Positions 24,537 to 37,426 of a DNA stretch of 64,000 bases are shown here, one piece after another. The notes below the pieces were generated by a model. The model saw only the letters and a list, made by a program, of their open reading frames with translations, was not told where the DNA came from and ran no database searches. The position numbers and the translations under genes were made by a program. Source of the DNA: Candidatus Dasytiphilus stammeri (GTDB taxonomy: Bacteria; Pseudomonadota; Gammaproteobacteria; Enterobacterales; Enterobacteriaceae); contig CP145880.1 in the NCBI GenBank assembly GCA_041945105.1, forward strand, positions 378,982 to 442,981, in the 5' to 3' direction. Positions within the stretch are counted from its first letter, which is position 1; the number at the start of each line of letters is the position of its first letter.

Positions 24537-25076
24537 TTAATGTAGTATATCTAATGTATTGAGATAATGACTAATTAAAATTAACCAATTAGAAACTAGA
24601 TTAGATGGAATTACTATTACTATTACTAAAAATATCATACAAAAAAGACGTTCAGTAGTTTTTCCCGTTGACATATGAAAGAGTGGAAATCGAAATCTCC
24701 AGGATAATGGCCATAATAGCGGAATACCATATGAAGTGAAAAAATCTGCACTTAAGTGACTTAGGTATCCTATTAGCATTCCATATTGCACATCTGGTGG
24801 TAATATCTTTCTAATGAGAAAACTATACACTATAACAGCTAATAAACTGTGAGTAAATCCTCGGTGACCAAAAAGATATGCTATCGGATAAGATAAGCAT
24901 TTTACACGTTGACCAATCATAGATCTTGGATGATCTATATCTGGTAATAATGAAGTTAATATTGCGGAAGGAATAATATGCCACCAGTCACCGTAAGAAT
25001 TCATCAAGTGAAAACGTTTAGCAGCAATTACCATTGCAATAGCAAAAATAACATGGCTTCTTGAAGTCATAGTCAT
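24537..25076 (-). CDS. ydjM: Inner-membrane metal-dependent hydrolase YdjM family
   Basis: GDWWHIIPSAILTSLLPDIDHPRS, FGHRGFTHSLLAV and GYLSHLSAD align with E. coli YdjM. Confidence 0.8.
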   Translation of the reverse strand: MTMTSRSHVIFAIAMVIAAKRFHLMNSYGDWWHIIPSAILTSLLPDIDHPRSMIGQRVKCLSYPIAYLFGHRGFTHSLLAVIVYSFLIRKILPPDVQYGMLIGYLSHLSADFFTSYGIPLLWPLSWRFRFPLFHMSTGKTTERLFCMIFLVIVIVIPSNLVSNWLILISHYLNTLDILH

Positions 25077-25153
25077 CTCATACTTAATAAATATAAGAGA
25101 ATGTACATGTACTTAATTTTTATTATACCACTATTTTTTAATAAGGATTCATA

Positions 25154-27097
25154 ATGTTTTCGATTATTTCTTATAATGGTACTAAATATCAATTTAGTAA
25201 TGCGATAAGCCTTATGAATCTTGCTCATCTTATGGTACCTAATGTAGCACAAATTGCGATTGCTGCTAAGGTAAATGAGCAACTAAAAGACTTATCGGAT
25301 TTTGTGAGTTGCGATGCTACAGTCAGTATTTTTACTCTACAAGATGAAATTGGTTTAACAATTCTACGTCATTCCTGCGCTCATTTGTTAGGTCATGCTA
25401 TAAAACAACTCTATCCCCACACTAAAATGGCAATCAGTTCAGTTATCAAAGATGGATTTTTTTATGATATTGATCTAGATTTCAGTCTAACTCCTAATGA
25501 CCTAAGCTTGGTGGAGAAACGTATGTATGAATTAGCCGCTAGGAATTACGATGTAATTAAGAAATTAGTAACTTGGCAAGAAGCTAGAAAGATTTTTTTA
25601 GAAAGAGATGAAATCTATAAAGTATCCCTTATTGATAAAGATCGTATTCACAATGAAAAACTAAGTTTATATTGTTATGAAGAGTATATTGATATATCTC
25701 CAGGACCACATGTGCCTAATGTACGTTTCTGTCAGAATTTTACTTTACAGAAAATATCTGGAGCTTACTGGAAAAACAATAGTAATAATAAAATGCTACA
25801 ACGTATTTATGGTACAGCTTGGTCTGATAAAAAAAACTTGAGTATTTATTTAAAAAAATTAGAAGAAATTACCAAAAGAGATCATAGAACAATTGGAAAA
25901 AAGTTAGGTTTATATCATATGCAAAAAGAAGCTCCAGGCATGGTATTTTGGCATAATAATGGTTGGATTATTTTTCAACAACTGAAATTATTTCTTCGTT
26001 CTAAATTAAGACAGTATGGATATCAAGAAGTCAAAGGACCGTTTATGTTAGATAGAATCTTATGGGAAAAAACTGGACATTGGCAAAATTATCAAGAAAC
26101 GATGTTTATCACTTTATCAGAAAATCGTGAATATTGTATCAAACCCATGAATTGTCCCGGACATGTGCAAATTTATAACCAAGAAATTAAATCCTATCGT
26201 GATCTTCCATTAAGAATGGCAGAATTCGGAAGTTGTCACCGCTACGAGCCATCTGGATCTTTACATGGATTAATGCGTGTACGGGGATTTACTCAAGACG
26301 ATGCACATATTTTCTGTACCAGAAATCAAGTAGGAATGGAAGTGCAAAATTGTATTAAAATGATATACGAAATATATAAAATCTTTGGCTTTGAAAAAAT
26401 TGCAGTAGAACTATCTACGCGTCCCGAAAAGCGAATTGGCGATGATAAGATTTGGAATCAAGCTGAAGAAGACTTAGTAAGAGCTTTAGAAGAATGTAAA
26501 ATATTTTTTAAATATAAACCAGGTGATGGAGCTTTTTATGGTCCTAAAATAGATTTTACACTATATGATTGCTTGGATCGTGCATGGCAATGTGGTACAG
26601 TTCAATTAGACTTTTTTTTACCATCCCGTTTAAATGCCTTCTATGTAGATGAGCGTAATATACGTCAAAGACCAGTGATGATTCACCGAGCCATTTTAGG
26701 TTCATTAGAGCGATTTATAGGTATTCTTTTAGAAGAATATGCTGGTAAATTGCCTTTATGGTTAGCTCCAGTACAAGTTACAATAATGAGTATTACCAAT
26801 AGTCAGTATCAGTTAGATTATGTAAACCAATTAGCTAATTTTTTGAAAAACGTTGGAATTAGAGTAATGACCGACTTGAGAAATGAAAAAATTGGTTTAA
26901 AAATCCGCGAGCATACTTTACGTTGTGTTCCATATATGATTATATGTGGAGATAAAGAAACCGAATTAGGAGTAATTTCTGTCCGCACGGGGACGGGAGA
27001 AAGTTTTAATAATATAAAAATCCATGAGATGTTGAAACAGCTACAAGATGAAATTAATAATCGTGATATAAAAACCAGAGGAGGAAAAAAATATTAA
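25154..27097 (+). CDS. thrS: Threonyl-tRNA synthetase
   Basis: 647 aa. [17 protein letters not shown] (editing/second additional domain) and class II motifs such as FTQDDAHIF. Confidence 0.95.
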   Translation: MFSIISYNGTKYQFSNAISLMNLAHLMVPNVAQIAIAAKVNEQLKDLSDFVSCDATVSIFTLQDEIGLTILRHSCAHLLGHAIKQLYPHTKMAISSVIKDGFFYDIDLDFSLTPNDLSLVEKRMYELAARNYDVIKKLVTWQEARKIFLERDEIYKVSLIDKDRIHNEKLSLYCYEEYIDISPGPHVPNVRFCQNFTLQKISGAYWKNNSNNKMLQRIYGTAWSDKKNLSIYLKKLEEITKRDHRTIGKKLGLYHMQKEAPGMVFWHNNGWIIFQQLKLFLRSKLRQYGYQEVKGPFMLDRILWEKTGHWQNYQETMFITLSENREYCIKPMNCPGHVQIYNQEIKSYRDLPLRMAEFGSCHRYEPSGSLHGLMRVRGFTQDDAHIFCTRNQVGMEVQNCIKMIYEIYKIFGFEKIAVELSTRPEKRIGDDKIWNQAEEDLVRALEECKIFFKYKPGDGAFYGPKIDFTLYDCLDRAWQCGTVQLDFFLPSRLNAFYVDERNIRQRPVMIHRAILGSLERFIGILLEEYAGKLPLWLAPVQVTIMSITNSQYQLDYVNQLANFLKNVGIRVMTDLRNEKIGLKIREHTLRCVPYMIICGDKETELGVISVRTGTGESFNNIKIHEMLKQLQDEINNRDIKTRGGKKY

Positions 27098-27632
27098 AAC
27101 CGGAAATAAAAATCCAATACGTCACAATCGTATTAATAGTGAAATACATGTGAAGGAAGTTCGTTTAACGGGAGTAAATGGGGAATCAATTGGTATTGTA
27201 AGTCTATATGAAGCTTTAGAAAGAGCTTATAAAGCAGGTGTTGATCTAGTTGAGATAAACCCTAATGCTGAACCCCCAGTCTGTAAAATGATAGATTATG
27301 GTAAATATCTTTATGAAAAGAGTAAATTCTCAAAAGAACAGAAAAAAAAGCAAAAAATCATTCAGATCAAGGAAATCAAATTCCGTCCTGCTACAGATGA
27401 AGGAGACTATAAAGTAAAATTACGTAGCCTGCTTCGTTTTTTGGAAGAGGGTGATAAAGTAAAAATAACCTTACGTTTTCGAGGTCGTGAAATGTCGCAT
27501 CAACAAATAGGTCTGAAAATGTTAAACCGAATAAAAAATGATCTAGATAATTTTGCAGTAATAGAGTATTTTCCGATGAAAATTGAAGGAAGACAAATGA
27601 TTATGGTGCTCGCTCCAAAAAAAAAAGTATAA
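27093..27632 (+). CDS. infC: Translation initiation factor IF-3, initiating at an AUU codon
   Basis: The track ORF starts at GTG 27150, but the in-frame upstream codons from ATT 27093 read [19 protein letters not shown]. This matches E. coli IF3 residues 1-20 ([20 protein letters not shown]). GAGGAGG lies upstream. The ATT overlaps the thrS TAA. Confidence 0.88.
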   Translation: MKTGNKNPIRHNRINSEIHVKEVRLTGVNGESIGIVSLYEALERAYKAGVDLVEINPNAEPPVCKMIDYGKYLYEKSKFSKEQKKKQKIIQIKEIKFRPATDEGDYKVKLRSLLRFLEEGDKVKITLRFRGREMSHQQIGLKMLNRIKNDLDNFAVIEYFPMKIEGRQMIMVLAPKKKV

Positions 27633-27662
27633 TGGAATATATAAAAAATAAATGGTGTAAAT

Positions 27663-27860
27663 ATGCCAAAAATCAAAACAGTTCGCAGTACTGTTAAACG
27701 TTTTAAAAAAACTGCTTCCGGCAGTTTTAAACATAAAAAAGCTAGCCTTCGTCATATACTAACTAAAAAATCTTCTAAGCGGAAGCGTCATTTACGTTCA
27801 AAAATAGTAATTTCGAAGGGAGATTTTAAATTAGTAGTGGGATGCATGCCCTATGTATAA
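27663..27860 (+). CDS. rpmI: 50S ribosomal protein L35
   Basis: 65 aa, basic. [15 protein letters not shown] matches L35. Operon position is infC-rpmI-rplT. Confidence 0.9.
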   Translation: MPKIKTVRSTVKRFKKTASGSFKHKKASLRHILTKKSSKRKRHLRSKIVISKGDFKLVVGCMPYV

Positions 27861-27883
27861 AAAATAGTAAGAGGGAAAAAGAT

Positions 27884-28243
27884 ATGGTTCGTGTTAAGCG
27901 TAGTGTAGTAGCTCATGCACGTCACAAAAAAATCTTAAAACAAGCTAATGGTTATTATGGAGCACGTTCTCGTGCATATAGAGTGGCTATTCAAGCTGTC
28001 ATAAAAGCTGGTCAGTACGCTTACCGTGATCGCCGTCAGCGTAAACGTAAGTTACGCCAACTATGGATTATGCGCATTAATGCTGCAGTAAGAAAATATG
28101 GTCTTTCTTATAATAATTTTATTAAAGGACTAAAAAAATCTTTGGTTCAAATAGATCGTAAGATCTTATCTGATATTGCAGTCTCTGATAAAGATTCATT
28201 TTATATATTAGTTGAAAAAGCTAAAATTGCTAATTCTCTTTAA
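27884..28243 (+). CDS. rplT: 50S ribosomal protein L20
   Basis: Trimmed to [30 protein letters not shown], near-identical to E. coli L20. The upstream ORF extension overlaps rpmI. Confidence 0.95.
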   Translation: MVRVKRSVVAHARHKKILKQANGYYGARSRAYRVAIQAVIKAGQYAYRDRRQRKRKLRQLWIMRINAAVRKYGLSYNNFIKGLKKSLVQIDRKILSDIAVSDKDSFYILVEKAKIANSL

Positions 28244-28357
28244 AATTCATAAAAAATTTTTAGTGGGTCCAAAATTCTTCCTTCCATGTAGAGGTTTTTT
28301 TATTCTAATTACCATCAAGAATAACAACTGATTAAGCCAAATCTAAAGGAAAGAAAT

Positions 28358-29350
28358 ATGCTTATTCATATAAAAGAATTTCTTTATCAATTTACAAAAA
28401 ATCTTGAAAATATTAAGGATGTTAAAGCTCTAGAAAGAATACGTATTGAATATTTAGGAAAGAAAGGGCATATAACTCTCTATATGAATAAGTTAAATAG
28501 TTTACCTGTAGAACAACGTCCTACTATAGGAAAGGTATTAAATGAGGTTAAAAAGCAAATGAGGCTTTCATTCAAGAATAAAAAACAACAGTTGGAAGCT
28601 GAAGCGCTGAATGTTCTTCTGTGTAAAAATAATAATAACCTAGATATTTCATTACCAGGACGTGGTGTTAAGATGGGAGGTATACACCCCATCACCAAGA
28701 TCATTGATCGCATTGAAAAAATCTTTTATGGATTAGGTTTTGAATCAGTAACTGGTCCAGAAATTGAAGATGGTTATCATAATTTTGATGCTTTAAATAT
28801 ATCCATTCATCATCCAGCTCGCACAGAACATGATACATTTTGGTTAAATGATACTTATTTATTAAGAACACAAATGTCAGGAGTACAAATAAGAATCATG
28901 AAAAATCAAAAACCTCCTATAAAAATCATTGCTTCAGGTAAAGTATATCGAAATGATAATGATAAAACTCATACTCCTATGTTTCATCAAATAGAAGGTT
29001 TAATAGTTGATCAAGACCTAAGTTTTAGTAATCTAAAAACAATCTTATGTGATTTTTTAAAAATTTTTTTTGATAAAAAATTTCAAATAAGATTTAGACC
29101 TTCTTATTTTCCTTTTACCGAACCCTCTGCTGAGATTGATATCCTAAGTAAAGACAACAAATGGATAGAAATATTAGGATGTGGCATGGTACATCCTAAT
29201 GTACTTAAGAAGGTTGGAATTTCAGTAGATACTTATTCTGGTTTGGCTTTTGGCATGGGTATAGAACGTCTGGCTATGCTATATTATGAAATATCAGATC
29301 TACGTCTTTTTTATGAAAATGATTTACGATTTCTTAAACAATTTAATTAA
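28358..29350 (+). CDS. pheS: Phenylalanyl-tRNA synthetase alpha subunit
   Basis: 330 aa. Class II motifs [12 protein letters not shown] and [18 protein letters not shown] ([14 protein letters not shown]). Confidence 0.95.
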   Translation: MLIHIKEFLYQFTKNLENIKDVKALERIRIEYLGKKGHITLYMNKLNSLPVEQRPTIGKVLNEVKKQMRLSFKNKKQQLEAEALNVLLCKNNNNLDISLPGRGVKMGGIHPITKIIDRIEKIFYGLGFESVTGPEIEDGYHNFDALNISIHHPARTEHDTFWLNDTYLLRTQMSGVQIRIMKNQKPPIKIIASGKVYRNDNDKTHTPMFHQIEGLIVDQDLSFSNLKTILCDFLKIFFDKKFQIRFRPSYFPFTEPSAEIDILSKDNKWIEILGCGMVHPNVLKKVGISVDTYSGLAFGMGIERLAMLYYEISDLRLFYENDLRFLKQFN

Positions 29351-29363
29351 ATGAAAAGTCATT

Positions 29364-31790
29364 ATGAGAGTTAGTGAATTTGAGTTAAGAGAATGGGTAA
29401 ACATTGATATTAATACTTCTTCGTTATCTGAACAACTAACTATGTCCGGACTAGAAGTTAACCAAATTATAAATGTAGCCGGGAATTGTGTTGGTGTGGT
29501 TGTCGGAGAAATAGTCGAATGTAAGCCATTATCAAATAATCTATATGTTACAAAAGTCAATATAGATCAAAATAGTAATAATTTTCTAACTATAGTTTGT
29601 GACGCAAATAATTGCCGTACAGGTATAAAAGTGGGAGTTGCTGTTATAGGAGCACTGCTTTTAGATAAAGTTAAAATTTATGCTAAAAATATTCATAATA
29701 TAATTTCACAAGGAAAATTATGTTCATTTTCTAATTTAGGGATCTTGGAAGTTGAGAATAAAAACCACTTAATTGAACTACCTTATTCTGCTCAAATAGG
29801 AATGAATATTCGAGATTATTTGCAATTAGATGATAAAATCTTTGAAATTAACGTGACTCCGAATCGTGCTGATTGTTTGAGTATTCGTGGTATAGCACGA
29901 GATATAGCTGCTTTCAATAAATTAAGATTTCATGAAAAACCAATCTTACCAGCATCAGTAAAATTGAATGACACCTTACCGATTGATGTAAAAGTTCCGG
30001 AAGCTTGCCCTCGTTATATAGCACGTATTTTAAAGGAAGTTGATGTGAATGTGCCGACACCCTTATGGTTAAGTGAAAAATTGCGACGATGTAATTATAG
30101 TTTTGGTAATGTAGTAGTTGATATTATCAACTATATTTTATTAGAACTTGGGCAACCAATGAATATATTTGATTTAAATTCAATTGATGGAAATCTTACT
30201 GTACGAATGGCCAAAACCAATGAAACGTTTTTTTTAACTAACAGTAATCACATTAAGTTAAAAGAAGATGTAATCGTGGTAGCTGATAATAATAAAGTAT
30301 TATCAATAGCAGGAATTGTTCGAGGGGTATCTTGCGACCTAAATAATCATACAAAAAACATACTGATCGAGAGTGCTTTTTTTAATCCTTTATTTATTAT
30401 AGGTCGTTCATTACGTTATAAATTACATACCGATGTTTCACAACGTTATGAACGAGGAGTAGATCCTATGATTCAGCTTCAGGCTATAGAATTAGCTACG
30501 GATTTAATTTTACGACTCTGCGGGGGAAAAGCGGGACCAATTATTGAAGTTAAGAATGTAACACATTTACCAAAAAGTAAAATTATACCATTGCGTCGAA
30601 TAAAGCTAGATTCACTTATTGGCCAATATATTGCGGATGATGAAATAGTCGATATTTTATCTCGCTTGGGTTGTGATTATACATTAAATAAAATAAATGA
30701 TGGTTGGAAAGTGAAAACTCCTAGCTGGCGTTTTGATCTAAATATCGAGGAAGATCTAATAGAAGAAATCGCGAGGATTTATGGATATAATAAAATATCT
30801 TGTAGTTGGTTAAAGACATATATGAGATTGAATAGAACTAGAAGTACTACTAATGTTTCACTTAAACGTGTCAGAACCTTATTGGTAGATAGAGGCTATC
30901 AGGAGGTTATTACCTATAGTTTTGTAAATCCCGAAATACAAATGTTATTACATCCAAACGAAGAAGATTTAAAATTATCTAATCCAATTTCTACTGAACT
31001 ATCTGCAATGCGTCTTTCATTATGGAGTGGATTATTATCGGTGATGATTTATAATCAAAATCGTCAGCAGAAATGTATGAGAATATTTGAAATAGGTAGC
31101 CGATTTATACCAATGCAAAAAAAAACTCATAAGGTTGTTCAAGAAGATTTAATGATAACAGGAATTATCTGTGGTAATAGATATGAAGATCATTGGGATA
31201 CCCCATGTAACTCTATGGATTTTTATGATTTAAAAGGTGATGTAGAAGCATTGCTTGACTTAAGTGGTAAAAAAGAAGTAATTCATTTTAAATCTGAAAT
31301 TCATCCCGCTTTACATCCTGGTCAAACAGCTGGAATTTATTTACATAACGAACGGATTGGCATTATGGGTGTTATTCATCCAAAATTGCAACATAGATTA
31401 GAGTTAAATGATCAAACTATAATATTTGAACTCTTATGGAAAAAAAGTTGTCAATCTTCTCGACCAATTATACGTAATATCTCACGATTTCCATCAAATC
31501 GTCGTGATATTGCAATAGTGGTTACTGAAACCCTTCCCGCTTCAGATATAATAACCGAAATCAAAAATATTTTATCAAATCAATTAGTGGCAATATCATT
31601 ATTTGATGTGTATCGTGGTAATAATATACCAAACGGTTATAAAAGTCTAGCTTTTAGCTTAATTTTGCAAGATACTAATCGAACACTTCAAGAACCTGAA
31701 ATAGCAACTCTTATAAATAAATGTATAGAGAAATTAAAAAAAAGATTTAAGGCCTTTTTGAGAAACGGAATATGTAGTATTTCCAGTTAG
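29364..31790 (+). CDS. pheT: Phenylalanyl-tRNA synthetase beta subunit
   Basis: 808 aa. It has an N-terminal tRNA-binding domain, a B3/4 domain, B5 ([18 protein letters not shown]) and a C-terminal FDX-ACB domain. Confidence 0.95.
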   Translation: MRVSEFELREWVNIDINTSSLSEQLTMSGLEVNQIINVAGNCVGVVVGEIVECKPLSNNLYVTKVNIDQNSNNFLTIVCDANNCRTGIKVGVAVIGALLLDKVKIYAKNIHNIISQGKLCSFSNLGILEVENKNHLIELPYSAQIGMNIRDYLQLDDKIFEINVTPNRADCLSIRGIARDIAAFNKLRFHEKPILPASVKLNDTLPIDVKVPEACPRYIARILKEVDVNVPTPLWLSEKLRRCNYSFGNVVVDIINYILLELGQPMNIFDLNSIDGNLTVRMAKTNETFFLTNSNHIKLKEDVIVVADNNKVLSIAGIVRGVSCDLNNHTKNILIESAFFNPLFIIGRSLRYKLHTDVSQRYERGVDPMIQLQAIELATDLILRLCGGKAGPIIEVKNVTHLPKSKIIPLRRIKLDSLIGQYIADDEIVDILSRLGCDYTLNKINDGWKVKTPSWRFDLNIEEDLIEEIARIYGYNKISCSWLKTYMRLNRTRSTTNVSLKRVRTLLVDRGYQEVITYSFVNPEIQMLLHPNEEDLKLSNPISTELSAMRLSLWSGLLSVMIYNQNRQQKCMRIFEIGSRFIPMQKKTHKVVQEDLMITGIICGNRYEDHWDTPCNSMDFYDLKGDVEALLDLSGKKEVIHFKSEIHPALHPGQTAGIYLHNERIGIMGVIHPKLQHRLELNDQTIIFELLWKKSCQSSRPIIRNISRFPSNRRDIAIVVTETLPASDIITEIKNILSNQLVAISLFDVYRGNNIPNGYKSLAFSLILQDTNRTLQEPEIATLINKCIEKLKKRFKAFLRNGICSISS

Positions 31791-32491
31791 ATTATTTTAG
31801 TAAGTAAAGTATAAATTTCAGTTAGAGTTTTTTCCGGATTAACAGATTGTGTAATAGCACGTCCTATTACGATATAGTCAGCACCAGCACATAGTGCTTC
31901 ATATGGTCTCATAATACTTTGATGATCATAAGTTTTTTTATTATCCAATCGGATCCCTGGTGATACGATAATAAATCGCTGATTAATATCAAATTTAACT
32001 TGTACAGCGTTTTGTGCCGAACAAATAATACCATCAAGACCACAATTATATGTTAATCGTGCTAATCTTCCAATTTGTTCTGAAAGTGAACACCTGAAAC
32101 CTAGATCATATAAATCATGTTCATTTATGCTTGTTAGTATAGTAACCCCCATTAACAATGGAGCATCTTTTCCAAAAGATAATAATGCTTCATGCGCAGC
32201 ACTCATCATTTTTGCTCCTCCACTTGCATGAACATTTATCATCCATACTCCCATTTCGGCAGTAATAGCAACTGCATGTGCAACTGTATTAGGAATATCG
32301 TGAAATTTAAGATCTAGAAATATTTCAAAACCTCTTTTTTGTAAGTCACGTACAATTTGTGGACCTAGTAATGTAAATAATTCTTTACCTACTTTAAGAC
32401 GACACAGTGAAGGATCTATCTTATCAACTAAGCCCATAACCTGATTACGATTGGGATAATCAAGCGCTAATATTAAAGGAGAATTAGACAT
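31787..32491 (-). CDS. pyrF: Orotidine-5'-phosphate decarboxylase
   Basis: ALDYP.. and [11 protein letters not shown] active-site motifs. 234 aa. Confidence 0.9.
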   Translation of the reverse strand: MSNSPLILALDYPNRNQVMGLVDKIDPSLCRLKVGKELFTLLGPQIVRDLQKRGFEIFLDLKFHDIPNTVAHAVAITAEMGVWMINVHASGGAKMMSAAHEALLSFGKDAPLLMGVTILTSINEHDLYDLGFRCSLSEQIGRLARLTYNCGLDGIICSAQNAVQVKFDINQRFIIVSPGIRLDNKKTYDHQSIMRPYEALCAGADYIVIGRAITQSVNPEKTLTEIYTLLTKII

Positions 32492-32575
32492 ACAATAAAT
32501 ATTAATTTTATCAAAATTTAAAAAATTATTAACCTCAACATCAGTTACTACTAAGACTATTTTTTTTGCAATTAA

Positions 32576-33595
32576 TCATGATGATATAACTTTTAATAAA
32601 AAGTATTCTATACGTTGATAGATGGCATTCAAGATGCTATCAAACCATTGATTTTTTGAAGATATGCAATAACGAACACTAATTAATTTACATTGATCTT
32701 TTTTTTGTAGGATAAAGTCATCACTTGTACCAATTTCATCAATCAGATTTTTTTTGATAGCTTGAGTTCCAAACCAATGTTCTCCAGTTGCAACCCTATC
32801 AATATCTAGTGTAGGACGCATATCATGAATAAATTTTTTAAATAACTGATGTGTAGCTTGTAATTCTTCTATTAACTTTTGACGACCACGATCATGGTTT
32901 TCTCCAAATAAAGTTAAAGTACGCTTATATTCACCCGCTGTATGGAGTTCAATATCAATTTCATGACGCTTTAAAAATCGATGAAAATTCGGAAGTTGTG
33001 CAACTACCCCAATTGAACCAACAACAGCAAAGGGAGCAGCGATAAGATGATTAGCTACACAGGCCATCATATAACCACCACTTGCAGCCATTTTATCAAC
33101 TATTACGGTTAAAAAAATTCCTTTATTACGTAAACGCTGCAGTTGTGAAGCAGCTAATCCATAACTATGTACTAAACCCCCAGCGCTTTCTAATCGTAAT
33201 AAAACCTGATCATTATTAGTTGCAACTAATAATATAGCTGAAATTTCTTCCCTTAAATAATGAACTTCTTTTGCATCTATACTTCCTTTAAAATCAATGA
33301 CATAAATAATTGGCTTATCTTGGTTTGGTTTTAAATCAGAATGTTTGAATATTGAGAATAATTTATCCTTTATACTTTTCCATCCTTTACCTGTCTTAGG
33401 GGATATTGCTAATAGCATATCATTTTTTATTTCATGATATTTTTTACCTAAATGTGTTAATTGCAAATAACCCTCGGGTAATTTTTTCCGATTAAGAAGT
33501 TTTCTTCTTATAAAGAGTAAGGTTAGGATTGCAATAACCAGGATGCCAATAAACATTTTTAATAAAAATAATCCATAACTAAAAATTAGTTTCAC
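32576..33595 (-). CDS. sohB: S49-family inner-membrane peptidase SohB
   Basis: N-terminal TM segment. MAASGGYMMAC contains the catalytic Ser of the ClpP/SppA-like fold. Length is as in E. coli SohB. Confidence 0.85.
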   Translation of the reverse strand: MKLIFSYGLFLLKMFIGILVIAILTLLFIRRKLLNRKKLPEGYLQLTHLGKKYHEIKNDMLLAISPKTGKGWKSIKDKLFSIFKHSDLKPNQDKPIIYVIDFKGSIDAKEVHYLREEISAILLVATNNDQVLLRLESAGGLVHSYGLAASQLQRLRNKGIFLTVIVDKMAASGGYMMACVANHLIAAPFAVVGSIGVVAQLPNFHRFLKRHEIDIELHTAGEYKRTLTLFGENHDRGRQKLIEELQATHQLFKKFIHDMRPTLDIDRVATGEHWFGTQAIKKNLIDEIGTSDDFILQKKDQCKLISVRYCISSKNQWFDSILNAIYQRIEYFLLKVISS

Positions 33596-33796
33596 AAAAA
33601 AACCCTGCCCTGGTACTTTTTATTCAAAAAATTACTAACTAAATTCTGAACACTTAAGAGACTGATGGATAATATCAACATTACTTAAAATGACAATCAA
33701 TGATAAATAACTAGTTCTAGTTTCAGATAGTTATTGATACTCAAAGTTAATTTTATTAAACTCCTCTCATACATCGAGATGAAAGGAATACTAAGT

Positions 33797-34546
33797 ATGT
33801 CTGTCACCGTAAGATCTTTATATCGTGATACAGTCAATTTTTGTTGTCATCAAGCTATTAATATCATATTAATGGCGATATTAATATCTTTTCTTACAGT
33901 TCTGATAAATAGTATTATATTGCCTTTTTATAGTGAACAGATGCAATTTATCTTTGGAACTAACGATCTCAAATACTTAGACAAAAGTTTATTGGAGATA
34001 GTCCAAAAAATGTCATCGGAACAACTGATGTTGCTCTTATACATTTTTGTAATAAAATTTGTCATTACCTTATTGGGACATACATTAATGTTAGGTGGAA
34101 TTCTAAATTTGATTACTATGGTTTCATCAGGAAAACGAGGAAATATATTACTAGCTTTAGAAAGTTCAGTGTTACAATTTCCTAAATTACTAGTTTTAAC
34201 ATTCATAATAAACCTATTAAATCAATTGGGATTAATAATATTAATTTTTCCCGGGATAGCATTAACAATTTTATTATCATTATCTCCAATAGTTATGATT
34301 AATGAACAAACCAGTATATCTGATGCTATGCGTATTAGTACGCATATGATATGGAAATATCATAAACTAGTAATTCCTGCAATTATTTTATGGCTATTCG
34401 GAAAATATTTAGTATTGATCTTTTCAACCTTTGTGACACATTTGTTTATGATTACGATATCAATAATCATATTAAATATTATTTCTTATCTGATTAATGC
34501 AGTATTAATTATCTATTTATATAGATTTTATATGTTGTGTCGATAA
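33797..34546 (+). CDS. yciC: UPF0259 inner-membrane protein YciC
   Basis: Trimmed to MSVTVRSLYRDTVNF.., which aligns with E. coli YciC MSITAQSVYRDTGNF... The C-terminus LIIYLYRFYMLCR matches LLIYLFRLYMLIR. Confidence 0.8.
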   Translation: MSVTVRSLYRDTVNFCCHQAINIILMAILISFLTVLINSIILPFYSEQMQFIFGTNDLKYLDKSLLEIVQKMSSEQLMLLLYIFVIKFVITLLGHTLMLGGILNLITMVSSGKRGNILLALESSVLQFPKLLVLTFIINLLNQLGLIILIFPGIALTILLSLSPIVMINEQTSISDAMRISTHMIWKYHKLVIPAIILWLFGKYLVLIFSTFVTHLFMITISIIILNIISYLINAVLIIYLYRFYMLCR

Positions 34547-34599
34547 AATTCTTCAAAAAATTCTTTCAAGTAGAGCAGGACTGATTGATGAATACATGA

Positions 34600-36075
34600 A
34601 TGATCACTTTTTACTCCTTCATCAGCGGGCTCATTATTTTATTTTATAGATTATTAATTACTGCAACAGTATTTAGAATCTTCATGAAACGTAGAACTGT
34701 ATCATCTTCTCTTGCTTGGTTATTAATAATTTATATTTTACCTTTAATAGGAATTATCGCTTATTTTACTTTAGAAGAACTTTATTTAGGAAAACGAAGA
34801 GCGAAACGAGCTCAAATTATATTGCCTTCCCTTAGTCAATGGATAAAAGAATTTAAACATTATGAAAAAATTTTTGCTATTAAAAATAGTGAAGTAGCTC
34901 GTCAATTATTTCAACTTTGCGAATTACGCCAAGGTATTACTAGTCTTAAAGCTAATAAGTTAATTTTACTCACAACTACCGATGACATAGTGAAATCTAT
35001 TATTCAAGATATTCAATTGGCTCAAAATAATATTCAAATTGTTTTCTACATCTGGCAACCAGGAGGAATTACTAATACAGTAGCAGATGCACTTATAACT
35101 GCAGCTAAGCGAGGAGTACATTGCCGATTAATGTTGGATTCAGCTGGTAGTAGAAGCTTTTTTCAGAGTACCTTGGTATCTATTATGCGTAATGCAGGGA
35201 TTGAAATTGTTGAAGCTTTACGCGTAAGTTTATTGAGAATGTTTTTCCGACGTCTAGATTTACGCCAGCATCGCAAAATGGTATTGATTGACAATTGTAT
35301 TGCTTATACAGGTAGCATGAATTTAGTAGATCCCAAGATTTTTAAACAAAACTCTAAAGTTGGTCAATGGATTGATTTAATGGTACGTATGGAAGGCCCA
35401 ATAACGAAGGTGATGAAAATCATTTATTCCTGTGATTGGGAATTAGAAACTGGTCACCGGATTTTACCATTTCACCCGGATCTTGACAGTAATATTATTC
35501 ATTCTTCATCTCCACCAAATGAACCTGCTGCAATTCATGTAATTGCCTCAGGACCAGATTACCCTGATTATAATATGATTCATAAAGCACTACTTACAGC
35601 TATTTTTTCGGCACGTAATACTATTATTATGACCACTCCTTATTTTGTACCAAGTGAGGATTTGCTTCAGGCACTATGTATTGCAGCTCAACGTGGAGTT
35701 GAAGTAAGTATAATTCTACCATATTGTAATGACTCAATATTAGTCGGTTGGGCTAGTCGTGCTTTTTTTACTGAGTTATTAAAAGCTGGTGTTAAAATTT
35801 ATCAATTCGAAGGAGGTTTATTACATACCAAAAGCGTACAGATTGATGGACAATTGAGTTTGATTGGTACAGTCAATTTTGATATGCGTAGTTTATGGTT
35901 GAATTTTGAAATTACACTTGTCATTGATGATAATCACTTTGGTAAGGATTTATTTTTTATACAAGAAAATTATATTAATAGTTCACGCTTGATAGATGTT
36001 AATAGTTGGTTACGTAGACCTTATTGGCAACGTATTCTTGAACAATTATTCTATTTTTTTAGTCCATTGCTATAA
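34600..36075 (+). CDS. clsA: Cardiolipin synthase A
   Basis: Two HKD motifs (HRKMVLIDN.. and [10 protein letters not shown]). The C-terminus [14 protein letters not shown] matches E. coli ClsA. Confidence 0.9.
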   Translation: MITFYSFISGLIILFYRLLITATVFRIFMKRRTVSSSLAWLLIIYILPLIGIIAYFTLEELYLGKRRAKRAQIILPSLSQWIKEFKHYEKIFAIKNSEVARQLFQLCELRQGITSLKANKLILLTTTDDIVKSIIQDIQLAQNNIQIVFYIWQPGGITNTVADALITAAKRGVHCRLMLDSAGSRSFFQSTLVSIMRNAGIEIVEALRVSLLRMFFRRLDLRQHRKMVLIDNCIAYTGSMNLVDPKIFKQNSKVGQWIDLMVRMEGPITKVMKIIYSCDWELETGHRILPFHPDLDSNIIHSSSPPNEPAAIHVIASGPDYPDYNMIHKALLTAIFSARNTIIMTTPYFVPSEDLLQALCIAAQRGVEVSIILPYCNDSILVGWASRAFFTELLKAGVKIYQFEGGLLHTKSVQIDGQLSLIGTVNFDMRSLWLNFEITLVIDDNHFGKDLFFIQENYINSSRLIDVNSWLRRPYWQRILEQLFYFFSPLL

Positions 36076-36097
36076 AAATCAAACTAACTGTAATTGA

Positions 36098-37396
36098 TTA
36101 TTTCCAATCTATTAAACAATAGTGTTTTTTTCCACGTCGTAATAATGTATAACGTCCGTAAAGCTTATCTAAATCACCAAATTGATAGCCTGGATCCGAT
36201 TGTATTTTACTATTAATACTTACAGCTCGAGCATCAATAAGATATCGTGCTTGAGTACGTGATGATGCTAAGTTGGCTTTTACGAGTGCTTGCTGTAAAT
36301 CCAAAGAATTTTTTTCGACTTCAATAGTTATAGTTGGGATGCCATCTTGTGCTAACTGACTGAAATCGGTTTCAGTCATCTTCATATCATTAGTAGTTTT
36401 AGTAGTATCTGCTGAAGAAAATAAAAATTGTGTGATCCGTTTAGCAGCTGATAGTCCTGTAATACCATGTACTAACCGTGTTACCTCGTCGGCTAATATC
36501 ATGGATGCTCGAGGTTTTTCATCACTATTTTTATCTTCTTTTTGTAAAATCTCAATACTCTTGAGGTCCATAAAAGTGAATAATTTTAATAACCTATATA
36601 CGTCAGTATCTGCTATATTACGCCAAAACTGATAAAATTTATAAGGACTAGTTTTATGAGCATCTAACCAGATAATATTATTCTCAGTTTTACCAAATTT
36701 TATTCCATTTTTTTGTGTAATCAGCGGAAGAGTAACACCAAACACTTTTTTTTGATGTAAGCGGCGAGTTAAATCAATTCCCGAAGTAATATTACCCCAC
36801 TGATCTGATCCCCCTATTTGTAATTCTACACCATACTGAGAATTTAGATAGGCAAAGTCATAACTTTGTAATAGATTATAAGTAAATTCTGTAAAAGAAA
36901 GGCCTAAATCATCACGATTCAAACGTTGTTTGACTGATTCTTTATGAATTAATTGATTAATAGGAAAATGTTTTCCAACGCGACGTAAAAAATCTATCAT
37001 CGTAATTTTTCCAAGCCAAGTATAATTATTTACTATAATTGCACTATTTTTACCACAATTAAAATCCAGAAATAATTCTAGTTGTTTACTAATTTTTTTA
37101 ACCCATTTAATAACTATTTCTGTAGTATTTAATTTACGTTCAGTGCTTTTAAAACTAGGATCTCCAATTAAACCTGTTGCCCCGCCTATAAGTGCAATAG
37201 GTTTATGACCTGCATTCTGAAATCGTTTTAGACAAAGCAGTGGTATAAGATGTCCTAAATGTAAGCTATCAGCGGTGGGATCAAATCCGCAATAAAGTGT
37301 AATATCGCTTTCACTCAGTCTTTTTATTAAAGCTATCTCATCGGTTATTTGATAGATAAGACTTCGTTGTTTAAATTGATTAATAATGGTACTCAT
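36098..37396 (-). CDS. tyrS: Tyrosyl-tRNA synthetase
   Basis: [15 protein letters not shown] (HIGH), KFGKT (KMSKS) and a C-terminal S4-like domain. Confidence 0.95.
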   Translation of the reverse strand: MSTIINQFKQRSLIYQITDEIALIKRLSESDITLYCGFDPTADSLHLGHLIPLLCLKRFQNAGHKPIALIGGATGLIGDPSFKSTERKLNTTEIVIKWVKKISKQLELFLDFNCGKNSAIIVNNYTWLGKITMIDFLRRVGKHFPINQLIHKESVKQRLNRDDLGLSFTEFTYNLLQSYDFAYLNSQYGVELQIGGSDQWGNITSGIDLTRRLHQKKVFGVTLPLITQKNGIKFGKTENNIIWLDAHKTSPYKFYQFWRNIADTDVYRLLKLFTFMDLKSIEILQKEDKNSDEKPRASMILADEVTRLVHGITGLSAAKRITQFLFSSADTTKTTNDMKMTETDFSQLAQDGIPTITIEVEKNSLDLQQALVKANLASSRTQARYLIDARAVSINSKIQSDPGYQFGDLDKLYGRYTLLRRGKKHYCLIDWK

Positions 37397-37426
37397 ATGA
37401 ATTTATAATGATGAATTAAATGATTT

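Noticed and set aside
25073-25282. 69-aa minus-strand ORF in and around the ydjM-thrS spacer
   Set aside because: It overlaps the thrS 5' end in antisense, is Lys/Ile/Tyr-rich low complexity, and has no motif support.
28244-28357. pheM leader peptide / pheST attenuator and an rplT terminator
   Set aside because: There is no Phe-rich mini-ORF, only ATG-TAG. The T-run at about 28306 is not preceded by a convincing complementary stem, so no call is made.
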